NCBI GenBank assembly: GCA_030390025.1
Contig: CM059431.1
Coordinates: 99,884,001 to 99,948,000, forward strand
DNA length: 64,000 nt
Reading direction: 5' to 3'
DNA from: Squalus acanthias
Taxonomy: Eukaryota
Shown here: in pieces, positions 36,845-47,119 of the stretch
Position numbering within the stretch: position 1 is the first letter of the stretch
Layout: each line of letters opens with the position of its first letter
Notes under the pieces: model-generated
Told to the model about the DNA's origin: nothing
The model's database searches: none
What the model saw: only the letters and a program-made list of their open reading frames with translations
Program-made: the position numbers and the translations under genes

Positions 36845-37320
36845 GCCCGCTCCCCGTCCCCACCCCACTAGGCCCCGCCCCCCCCATTCCCCATCCCCGC
36901 ACCCCGGCCCCGCCCCCACCCCCCGTCCCCGCCCCCCCCATCCCCGCCCCCACTCCCCCGTCCCCGCCCCCCCATCCCCGCCCCCAACCCCCCGTCCCCG
37001 CTTCCCCATCCCCGTCCCCCGCCCCCACCCCCCCCGTCCCCCGCCCCCCCCATCCCCGCCCCCACCCCCCCGTCCCCGCCCCCCCATCCCCGCCCCCACC
37101 CCCCCCGTCCCCGCTTCCCCATCCCCGTCCCCGCCCCCACCCCCCCGTCCCCGCCCCCCCATCCCCGCCCCCACCCCCCCGTCCCCGCCTCCCCGTCCCC
37201 GTCCCCGGCCCCGGCCCCACCCCCCCCGTCCCCGCCCCCCTGTCCCCGCCCCCCCCGTCCCTGGCCCCACCCCCCCGTCCCCGCCCCCCCCGTCCCCGCC
37301 GCTCTGCCCCCCGTCCCTCC
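36845..37320. repeat. Extreme C-rich low-complexity tandem repeat (CCCCGT/CCCCGC/CCCCAT)
   Basis: Seen directly; it produces the spurious Pro-rich and Gly-rich ORFs. Confidence 0.9.
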
Positions 37321-37464
37321 TGAGTAAAAGCCGAAGGTGGGCGGGTTGGAGGCGGGTTGGGGTCGGGATTTAGATTTTTAATACTTTAACTTCCCACGCC
37401 TCCAACCCACCCGTTTTTTCATGTTAAAATTTCCTCCATTATGTAAAAAATATTGTACTGACAC

Positions 37465-37950
37465 AAGGATTTTACGAGAATGGTACCAGGGATGAGGGAG
37501 TTCAGTTACGTGGAGAGACTGGTGACTCTGGTGTATGATGTATCATAGAATCCTACAGCAGAGGAGGAGGCCATTCGGCCCGTCGTGCCTGTGCCGGCTC
37601 TTTGAAAGAGCTCTCCAATTAGTCCCACTCCCCCTGCTCTTTCCCCAGAGCCCTGCAAATTTTTTCCCCTTCAAGTATTTATCCAATTCCCTTTTGAAAG
37701 TTATTATTGAATCTGCATCCACCGCCCTTTCAGGCAGCGCGTTCCAGATCATAACAACTCGCTGCATAAAAGTATTTCTCCTCATCTCCCCTCTGGTTCT
37801 TTTGCCAATTATCTTCAATCTGTGTCCTTTGGTTACTGACCCTCCTGCCACTAGAAACAGTTTCTCCTTATTTACTCTATCAAAACCCTTCATAATTTTG
37901 AACACCTCAATTAAATCTCCCTTTAGCCTTCTCTGCTCTAAGGAGAACAA
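37465..37950 (-). mobile_element. CR1 3' fragment(s)
   Basis: ORF 37543..37950. Confidence 0.88.
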
Positions 37951-38300
37951 ATTTAGCTTGGGGTAATATATGAACCTTTTGATTTTATTATGCAGTTAAG
38001 AAATGCTGCACAATCCTATCATTACTGACATTTAACAAGATCTTAACAAGGAAGAATTGGACTTTTCTCTCACTTGTCATTTTTTTTTGAGCGATATGAA
38101 TACTCAGATCAATGCGAAACACTAATGAATCATCTTAGTTCTTTCTCTTGGCATTACATTAGTTAATATTCATGTCTACAATTTTGCTAAACTTACAAGA
38201 CACAGAAAAGGACAGGAAAAGAGGGGAAATGCCGAGGTCGTATACAGGAATTTTAGGCCCTTGATTAGAACTTTGGGCTTAAATTAATTTTTTGACCAAA

Positions 38301-39380
38301 AGAACATAAGAAATAAGAGCAGGAGTCGGCCATTCGGCCCCTCGAGCCTGCTCCGCCATTCAATGAGATCATGGCTGATCATCGACCAAAGTCGCCTCTG
38401 ATGATGTCATCATTGCTGCTGCATTTAAGTTCTGCAAAGACTGGGAAGCTTTTGGCCTTTGCTGTGAGAGGGACCTGGAGGCAAAATGAGCAGCAGGAGA
38501 CCTAAGTCTGCTCCCAGATTTTTTAACAACCACCACCACCCCTCCTCCTCCTCCTCCAGGCTCCAGAGTTCCACAACAATGCTTATGCCTGCTAAAAGTT
38601 CCCCCAGAATGATGATTGATCAAATCTCCTTTTTAATGGTGGAGCTGCAGCTGATAGTCAGTAATCCAAGTGTGCTACCGCCAGGTTTCACCGTCGTGTT
38701 TCAGAGGAGGCGTGCATCACGTCGGAAAAGTCTTAAAATCAGAAAGGCCTCTCAAAATGGGATTATAGAGGCAAATAAGTGGTTGTTAAGGGCCTTAAGG
38801 GCCTATCCCGCCTCTTGGAGGCGGGACGGAGATGGGATCAGAAACCATGTATTTGGGAAAATTGCTCGGAGGCGGGATGGAGGCGGGGTTGGGCCCGCCC
38901 ACCATTTTTTGCAATTTTAACACCCCACACGCCTCCATTCCCGCCTCTTCGGGCCTGGCAAAATCGAGCCCTTAGTCTCCAAAAATCTATCAATCTCTGT
39001 CTTGAATATACTCAACGACTGAGCATCCACATTTGGGGTAGAGAATTCCAAAGATTCACAACCCTCTGAGTGAAGAAATTTCTCTCATCTTGGTCCTAAA
39101 TGGCCGACCCCTTATCCTGAGACTATGCCCCCTAGTTCTAGACACTCCAGCCAGGGGGGAAACAGCCTCTCAGCATCTACCCTGTCAATCCCCCCCTCAG
39201 AATCTTATATGTTTCAATGAGATCACCTCTCATTCTTCTAAACTCTAGAGAGTACAAGCCCAAATCTACTCAATCTCTCCTCATAGGACAACCCTCTCAT
39301 CCCAGGGATCAATCTAGTGAACCTTCGCTGCACCGCCTCTAAGGCAAGTATGTCCTTCCTTAGATAAGGAGACCAGAAGT
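38301..39380 (-). mobile_element. CR1 3' fragment interrupted by a MITE (~38389-38971, same family as 57151-57664)
   Basis: CR1 tail at 38301-38388 and CR1 body at 38975-39380. The insert ends AAAATCGAGCCC|TTA. Confidence 0.8.
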
Positions 39381-39447
39381 AATTACTTTTGCACATCCAG
39401 ACTCTCCTAGTGGTGTCAAATGGCGGGTATGTGGTCTAAATGAAAGC

Positions 39448-39748
39448 ATAACCAGAGGACACAGATTTAAGGTGATTGGCAGAAGAACCAAAGGCGACAT
39501 GAGGAAAAACATTTTTACGCAGCGAGTGGTTAGGATCTGGAATGCGCTGCCTGAAAGGGTGGTGGAGGCAGATTCAATCGTGGCTTTCAAAAGGGAATTG
39601 GGTAAGTACCTGAAGGAAAAAAATTTGCAGGGCTACGGGGGAAAGGGCGGGGGAGTGGGACGAGCTGAAGTGCTCTTGCAGAGAGCCGGCACGGGCTCAA
39701 CGGGCCGAATGGCCTCCTTCTGTGCTGTAACCATTCTATGATTCTGTG
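39448..39748 (+). mobile_element. CR1 3' fragment
   Basis: ORF 39472..39741. Confidence 0.85.
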
Positions 39749-40261
39749 ATAATGCTTCTCATTACACATCACACCCTGGGCCTAGCTAAAGTATCTCACA
39801 TTCTCTGCTGGTATTGAACAAGGCTTTAGATTCTGCATTGTGTTGCCAGCTCACAATACTCGTGTCTCTATTACTTACCAATATTAATTAGCATCGACAG
39901 TTTCCTTGCACAGATGGCTCTTTAACTCGTCATGATTATTAGTTTATGCCAAATGAACAATAATGTTAACTACTGTTTGATCCTTATGCACTGATAGCAC
40001 GGAACAAGGCTACTGATACATTTCCAAATTTCCAGGCTAGAAGTATGCATGGAATAATACCTCAACTTCTGCCTTTGAATATTGTAACATTTCTGTCATT
40101 ATTTCTGTAAACGTGCTCCCAATATTTTACCGTTTTTCCCCTAAACTCTATAAGTTTTGTATATTATACATGGATTAACAGTTAACCTTTTATTTAATAT
40201 GATAGCATTGTTAGGATAATCAGCAGTTACTCACAGTGAGTACACTGTTTTATAACACTAA

Positions 40262-41155
40262 GGGGTAAAAATTCAGTTGGTTGCGCCTCCCGTTAGCGCC
40301 TTAAGAGGGCGCTAATGGGGCGCAAAGCCGCTAACGCCCGGGTGCAGCGATGTTTGCGCCGCTTGGGAACTTAACTAGACATTGTGCGGCGGCGCTAAAC
40401 TTTACCGCTGCGACCACCTGCGCGCGCAGATTGTGACGTCATTCCATGGTGCAACGCCCTTGTGGCGCCCCGGAGCGGAAATTGAGTGGCGCCCCCTGCC
40501 TTACCGCCTGACGCTAGCAACGACCAGAAGACTGGAACGCTATCAATCGCTGTGGGGCTGGGGGGGGGCGCTATTTAAAGGGGGCCTCTTCCTGCCTTTT
40601 ATTGTTGGTGGCATTTTTGAACTACGCATTCTGAGAGAGAGAGGGAGAGACTTCTGGAGAGATTCAACGTTGTGTGAAGGAGTTTTGGGTACTGAGCAGC
40701 ACTTTGCAGGTTCATTTTGATTTGCCATTCCTTGTATCGATTTAGCAGAGACTGTGGGAGCTGCACTCTGAGCTCTTTGCCTGGTACTCTCCATTGTTCT
40801 TTCCAGCACATTTGATGTGCAAGTCTCTCCAGGCCGAGATTCAAGGCTGCAATGAACAGGATGTGGATGGAAAGCAAGATTAACCATCCCCTTTAAGAAC
40901 TGGCCCGTGCCATTGTGTGTGTGTTCCATTGCTGACTGACATTACATGAGCTTCGCCAGCGCTCTGAGTTAGCGCCTCACTCCTTGGCCTTTGCGCCTTA
41001 AGACAGGTGTGCAGCGCCTGATTTAGCGCTCCACTCACCTCCCGGGGCGGTAAAAGTGAAGTTTCCAGTCAGTGGTGATAATTAGCGCCAGGCGCTAATA
41101 TTTGCGTCCAGACGATATTTGCGCCCCAAATGGGGCGCGACCTAATTTTTACCCC
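40262..41155 (-). mobile_element. Harbinger-type MITE, ~895-bp family, copy 4 (near-identical to copy 1, inverted)
   Basis: TIR GGGGTAAAAATT / AATTTTTACCCC with TSD TAA. ORF 40599..40877 is identical in translation to 1456..1734. Confidence 0.92.
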
Positions 41156-41254
41156 TAAGGATATTATTAACAAAGAGTGATGGGCAACGTATGACAGGGA
41201 TAGACTTATAGGAAGTAAAAGAGACTCTTACAGGAAGTGTATGCGGCACACTAA

Positions 41255-42147
41255 GGGGGAAAAATTCAGTTGATTGCGCCTCCCGTTAGCGCCTTAAGAG
41301 GGCGCTAATGGGGCACAAAGCATCTAGCGCCCAGGCGCGGCGAAGTTTGCGCCGCTCGCGAAATTAACTAGACATTTTGCGGCGGCGCTAAACACTACCG
41401 CCACGATCTCCTGTGCCGGCAGATCATGACATCACTCGAGTGCGCAACGCCCCGGTATTGCCCCGGAGCGGATATTGAGTGGCGCCCCCTGCCTTACCGC
41501 CTGACGCTAGCAATGACAGGTTGAGGGGAGCGTTCTGCAGTCATGAAGGGAAAGGGGGAGCGCTATTTAAAGGTGACCGCTTCCTGCCTTTTATTGTTGG
41601 TGCCATTTTTGAACTATGCATTCTGAGAGAGAGAGGGAGAGACTTCTGGAGAGATTCAACGTTGTGTGAAGGAGTTTTGGGTACTGAGCAGCACTTTGCA
41701 GGTTCATTTTGATTTGCCATTCCTTGTATCGATTTAGCAGAGAATGTGGAGGCTGCACTCTGAGCTCTTTGCCTGGTACTCTCCATTGTTCTTTCCAGCA
41801 GATTTGATGTGCAGGTCTCTCCAGGCCGAGATTCAAGGCTGAAATGAGCAGGATGTGGATGGAAAGCAAGATTAACCATCCCCTTTAAGAACTGGCCCAT
41901 GCCATTGTGTGTGTGTTCCATTGCTGACTGACATTACATGAGCTTCGCCAGCGCTCTGAGGTAGCGCCTCGCTCCTCGGCATTTGCGCCTTAAGACAGGT
42001 GTGAAGCGCCTGATATAGCTCTGCAATCACCCACAGGGGCGATAAAAGTCAAGTTTGCAGTTGGTGGCGATAATTAGCGTCAGGCGCTAATCTTTGCGCC
42101 CGGCCGATAATTGCGCCCCAAATGGGGCGATACTGAATTTCTCCCCC
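41255..42147 (-). mobile_element. Harbinger-type MITE, ~895-bp family, copy 5
   Basis: TIR GGGGGAAAAATTCAGT / ACTGAATTTCTCCCCC with TSD TAA. Confidence 0.9.
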
Positions 42148-42518
42148 TAAATCTTTTAACGTATCACTAGTATATTTCCTGTTGATTTCTCATGGTGAGT
42201 GAGAGGGTCGGCTGAAGTGCGATGTCTGAAGTGTGACAGGAAGTAAGTGTGACAGGAAGTAAGTGTGACACTTACATAAATGCATGCTATATGCAAGTCT
42301 TTTAATATATTATGGATAACGTAGCAAAATGATTAAAATAACGACCCAATGCGTAAAGACATACATTAGTATTTTGTAGCGATGAGGGAGGAGGAATCAC
42401 TTCGCTTTTCTGCAAGTAACAAGTTCTTACGGAACTCAGATGTTTTGGCATATTTCAAATAAGTAAAAACGTGTATCAATTTGGATTAGAATATGCAATA
42501 ATCAACAGTTATCCTCAC

Positions 42519-42665
42519 CTGCATTAGAACATATCAGACCCTCTGGACTGCGACACATCTCATTGCTTTTTCTCTTTGGGATGTTGCAAGTCTTGGGATA
42601 ATGACAAGCATTCCCGAACCAGCCTCGCTTACATTTGCATTTTCCACAATCGCATTTCCCGTGGC
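42519..42665 (-). CDS. ITGBL1: Integrin beta-like 1 coding exon (equivalent to human exon 3), 147 bp, phase 1-1
   Basis: Acceptor TTTGCTTCTCTTGTGCTGCTCCTAG and donor GTGAG. Translates (G)HGKCDCGKCKCKRGWFGNACHYPKTCNIPKRKSNEMCRSPEGLICSNA(G), an integrin-beta I-EGF repeat closely matching the ITGBL1 sequence I recall. Confidence 0.95.
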
Positions 42666-42959
42666 CTAGGAGCAGCACAAGAGAAGCAAACAGGTAATAA
42701 ACTTTCCCTGTGTGATAAAGAGTCATTTCAAATGAAAAGTCTACAAAATGTTTTCAAAAGTTTAACAACAGTCAGCAAATTCGAGTTACATGACCTTGAT
42801 AATATGCTGTGGGTTACCAGTGTGCAAATGCTTAATGCAATTTGTGCTTAATGCATTTCTCTAAAATTTCTTTCTCTGCTTAAAAATAAATAGGTTTCAC
42901 ACCGCCACTAAAATGGAGGAGACAAGAATTTCAAACTAACGTAATCATTCTTAAGGTAA

Positions 42960-43483
42960 TCTCTGTCCTCGGCCTCCTACACTGTTCCAAAGAAGCTCAA
43001 CGTAAGCTCGAGGAACAGCACCTCATCTTTCGATTAGGCACTTTACAGCCTTCTGGACTCAACATCGAGTTCAACAATTTCAGACCAGAACCTCTGCTCC
43101 CATTTTTTCCAGACGGCAGCTGTTGATGATTCTGCCATTCCCATTTACACCTCCTCTTGATCCATCCTTTGTTTCTTTACTTGTCACATTACCATCTCCT
43201 TTTGCCTCGTACCATCATAACTTTTGTCTCTTAATCTCTCCTGCCTTCTGCCCTATCACAGACCTTCCCTTTTGTTCTTTCCTCCATTCCCCCCTTTCCC
43301 TGCCTCTGCACTTGCTTAAAACCTGTTACATCTCTAACATCTTCCAGTTCTGACGAAGGGTCATCGACCCGAACCGTTAACTCTGTTTCTCTCTCTCCAC
43401 AGATGCTGCCTGACCTGCTGAGTGTTTCCAGCATTTTCTGTTTTTATTTCAGATTTCCAGCATCCGCAGTGTTTTGCTTTTGC
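42960..43483 (+). mobile_element. Penelope-like element 3' end with a mutated hammerhead motif (43346-43382)
   Basis: LGLLHCSKEAQRKLEEQHLIFRLGTLQPSGLNIEFNNF remnant. Motif AGUU CUGACGA A GGGUC-AUC-GACCC GAAC CG U U AACU has GAAA changed to GAAC. Confidence 0.85.
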
Positions 43484-43582
43484 AATCATTCATATGGGAT
43501 TATCCCGTGGTATAATGACAAGGCCAAAGACTAACACAACACTACTCATTCAGGTACACCTGCAGTATTCTAACATATTCTA

Positions 43583-44375
43583 AGAACACAGGAACAGGAG
43601 GAGGCCATTCAGCCCCTCGAGCCTGTTCTGTCATTCATTGAGATCGTGGCTGATCTGTATCTTAACTTCATTTACCCACATTGGTTCTGTAACCCTTAAT
43701 ACCCTTACCTAACAAAAATCTATCAATCTCAGTTTTGAAATTTCCAATTGACCCCCAGCTTCAACAGATTTTTGGGGGAAAGAGTTCCAGATTTCCACCA
43801 CCCTTTGTGTGAAGAAGTGCTTCCTGACATCACCCCTGAACGGCCTGGCTCTAATTTTAAGGTTATGCCCCCTTGTTCTGGACTCCCCCGACCAGAGGAA
43901 ATAGTTTCTCTCTATCTACCCTATCGAATCCTTTAATCATCTTAAACACCTCGATTAGATCACCCCTTAATCCTCTATATGTGATAAAATACAAGCCTAG
44001 TCTATGTAACCTGTCCTCATAATTTAACCCTTTTAGCTCAAGTGTCATTCTGGTGAATCTGCGCCGCCCCCCCTCCAAGGCCAATATATCCTTCCTGAGG
44101 TGCGGGGCCCAGAACTGAACCCAGTGACTCCAGATGGGGTCTGATCAGAGCTTTATGTGAACATAAGACATAGGAGCAGGAGTAGGTCATTCGGTCCCTC
44201 GAGCCTGCTCCGCCATTCAATAAGATCATGGCTGATCTGATCTTGGCCTCAACTCCACTTCCCTGCCCCCTCCCCATAACCCTTGACTCTTGTCATTCAA
44301 AAATCTGTCTATCTCCACCTTAAATATATTCAATGACCCAGCCTGCACAGCTCTCTGGGGAAGAGAATTCCAAAG
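43583..44375 (-). mobile_element. Two tandem CR1 3' fragments
   Basis: ORF 43863..44084 and two CR1 3' UTR tails (43583, 44158). Confidence 0.85.
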
Positions 44376-45043
44376 TGACCAATGAAGGGTTCCACCCAAG
44401 ACATCAGCCCATTTTTCCATTTCAGATGTTGATTGAGAAGGTGTGTATAGACAACTGCTGTCTATTTTTATTCCAATATCTGTTGGTTTAAGTAACATAA
44501 TGAATCGAATTCTGTATTTTTGGCCGATGCTGTACGTGGAATTAGAACATTGCTTCTTTAATTGCAAAATGTTCAAGTAATAATTACAAAGTAATGAAGA
44601 GGTTCAGCAGTCTATTTTTCAAAAAGCAATGTTTGATGCGTCATTAAGTCAGATAATGAAAATCAGTCACACAGCGATTATGATGTGAAAATCTTAAAAC
44701 AAGTCCATCATTTGGAAACTGAATTGAATAACAAGCTACTACAATGATTTAAAAATGAACATATTTCATAATAACTTAAAAAAAATATCTGTTATATTGT
44801 GTAAGAAATGCATCGAATGCGCAGGTCTCGGCAAAGATGTTAACTGTGATGCAATTAACAGCCTGACTATTCTTTAAGCAAATAACTAATGTATGCCGCT
44901 TATGTGAAGATACAGCACTGCAGAACCTTGTGAAATGCTGCCAGAAATGTCAGAACCTCAGTCTTCAAATAAGTGAGTTCAGCGGGAGAAGATTGCAAAC
45001 GCTAGAAATTAGAAAATAAAAGCAGAAAATGTTGGAAATGCAC

Positions 45044-45505
45044 AATGACTTATGAGGAAAGGTTGAGTAGGTTGGGCCTCTACTCATTGGAATTCAGAAG
45101 AATGAGAGGCGATCTTATCGAAACATATAAGATTGTGAGGGGGCTTGATCGGGTGGAGGCGGGGAAGATGTTTCCACTGATGGGTGAGACTAGAACTAGG
45201 GGGCATAATCTTAGAATAAGGGGCTGCCGTTTCAAAACTGAGATGAGGAGAAACTTCTTCACTCAGAGGGTAGTAAATCTATGGAATTTGCTACCTCAGA
45301 GAGCTGTGGAAGCTGCGACATTAAATAAATTTAAAACGGAGATAGACAGTTTCCTAGCTGATAAGGGAATTAAGGGTTATGGGGAGCGGGCAGGGAAGTG
45401 GACGTGAGTCTAGGTTCGGACCAGCCATGATCCTATTGAATGGCGGAGCGGGCCCGAGGGGTCGTATGGCCGACTCCTGCTCCTACTTCTTATGTCCTTA
45501 TGTTA
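45044..45505 (+). mobile_element. CR1 3' fragment
   Basis: ORF 45045..45407. Confidence 0.9.
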
Positions 45506-45659
45506 TGAGCCTGCCAGAGAGGGAATGGGAAAGATGGGTTGAGGTTTCGGCAGAATACTTCCCTCAGATCCGTTCTGATCAAAGATTCAACCTGAAACAT
45601 TATCCTAACTGATTCCTTCAAAATAGTGGATTTCCCCTCGGCAAATCAGAAGAAAGTAA

Positions 45660-47015
45660 GAAAGGAAAAAGAAAAACTTGCATTTTCTCCAGCGCCTTTC
45701 ACCACCTCAGGACGTCCCAAAGCGCTTTGCAGCCAATGAAGTACTTTTTGAAGTGTAGTCACTGTTGTAATGTGGGAAACGCGGCAGCCATTTTTGCGCA
45801 CAGCAAGCTCCCACAAACAGCAATGTGATAATGACCAGATAATCTGATTTAGTGATGTTGATTGAGGGATAAATATTGGCCCAGGACACCGGGGAGAACT
45901 CCCCAGCTCGTTAATCCGAGGCCCCGTCTGCTCTCTCAGGTGGACATAAAAGAACCCATGGAACTATTTTGAAGAAGAGCTGGGGAGTTCTCCCCGGTGT
46001 CCTGGGCCAATATTTATCCCTCAATCAACATCACTAAATCAGATTATCTGGTCATTATCACATTGCTGTTTGTGGGAGCTTGCTGTGTGCAAATTGGCTG
46101 CCGCGTTTCCCACATTACAACAGTGACTACACTTCAAAAAGTACTTTTTTTTAAATTGGCTTATGGGATCTGGGCGTCGCTGGCAAGGCCAGCATTTATT
46201 GCCCATCCCTAATTGCCCTCGAGAAGGTGGTGGTGAGCCGCTTTCTTGAACCGCTGCAGTCCGTGTGGTGATGGTACTCCCACAGTGCTGTTAGGGAGGG
46301 AATTCCAGGATTTTGACCCAGCGACGATGAAGGATCGGTGATATATCTCTAAGTCAGGATGGTGTGTGACTTGGAGGGGAACTTGGAGGTGGTGTGTTCC
46401 CATGTGCCTGCTGCCCTTGTCCTTCTAGCTGGAAGAGGTCGCGGGTTTGGGAGGTGCTGCCGAAGAAGCCTTGGTGAGTTGCTGCAGTGCATCTTGTAGA
46501 TGGTACACACTGCAGCCACGGTGCGCCAGTGGTGGAGGGAGTGAATGTGTAAGGTGGTGGATGGGGTGCCAATCAAGCGGGTTGCTTTGTCCTGGATGGT
46601 GTCGAGCTTCTTGAGTGTTGTTGCAGCCGCACTCATCCAGGCAAGTGGAGAGTATTCTATCACACTCCTTACTTGTGCCTTGTAGATGGTGGAAAGGCTT
46701 TGGGGAGTCAGGAGGTGAGACACTCGCCGCAGAATACCCAGCCTCTGACCTGCTCTTGTTGCCACAGTGTTTATGTGGCTGGTCCAGTTAAGTTTCTGGT
46801 CAATGGTGACCCCCCAGGATGTTGATGGTGGGGGATTCGGCGATGGTAATGCCATTGAATGTCAAGGGGAGGTGGTTAGACTCTCGCCTGTTGGAGATAG
46901 TCATTGCCTGGCACTTGTGTGTCGCGAATGTTACCGGCCACTTACTTCATTGGCTGTAAAGCGCTTTGGGGCGTCCTGAGGTCGTGAAAGGCGCTAAATA
47001 AATGCAAGACTTTCT
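45660..47015. mobile_element. Two Deu-type SINE 3' halves in inverted arrangement; the right one is split by a LINE
   Basis: Minus copy at 45660-45909; plus copy at 45910-46146 and 46945-47015. Confidence 0.85.
46147..46942 (-). mobile_element. Non-LTR LINE 3' fragment (second CR1/L2-group family)
   Basis: GVTIDQKLNWTSHI...LGILRR...IYKAQVRSVIEYSPLAW...WNSLP with an A-rich tail. Confidence 0.85.
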
Positions 47016-47119
47016 CTTTTTTGTAAAAGTATCCAACACTGAGCATAGCAATAAGAAGACATTGCACTGTCTTCTTATTGCTATGTTCACCCTATGAGGC
47101 TACCCTTACCAATCAAGAT

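Noticed and set aside
36714..37373. Pro-rich and Gly-rich ORFs (also 35367..36009 and 62365..63052)
   Set aside because: Low-complexity G/C tracts that are open in nearly all frames.
45570..45605. Fifth hammerhead motif (GTTCTGATCAAAGATTCAACCTGAAACATT)
   Set aside because: Core is mutated (CUGAUCA) and stems II and III do not pair; at most a decayed relic.
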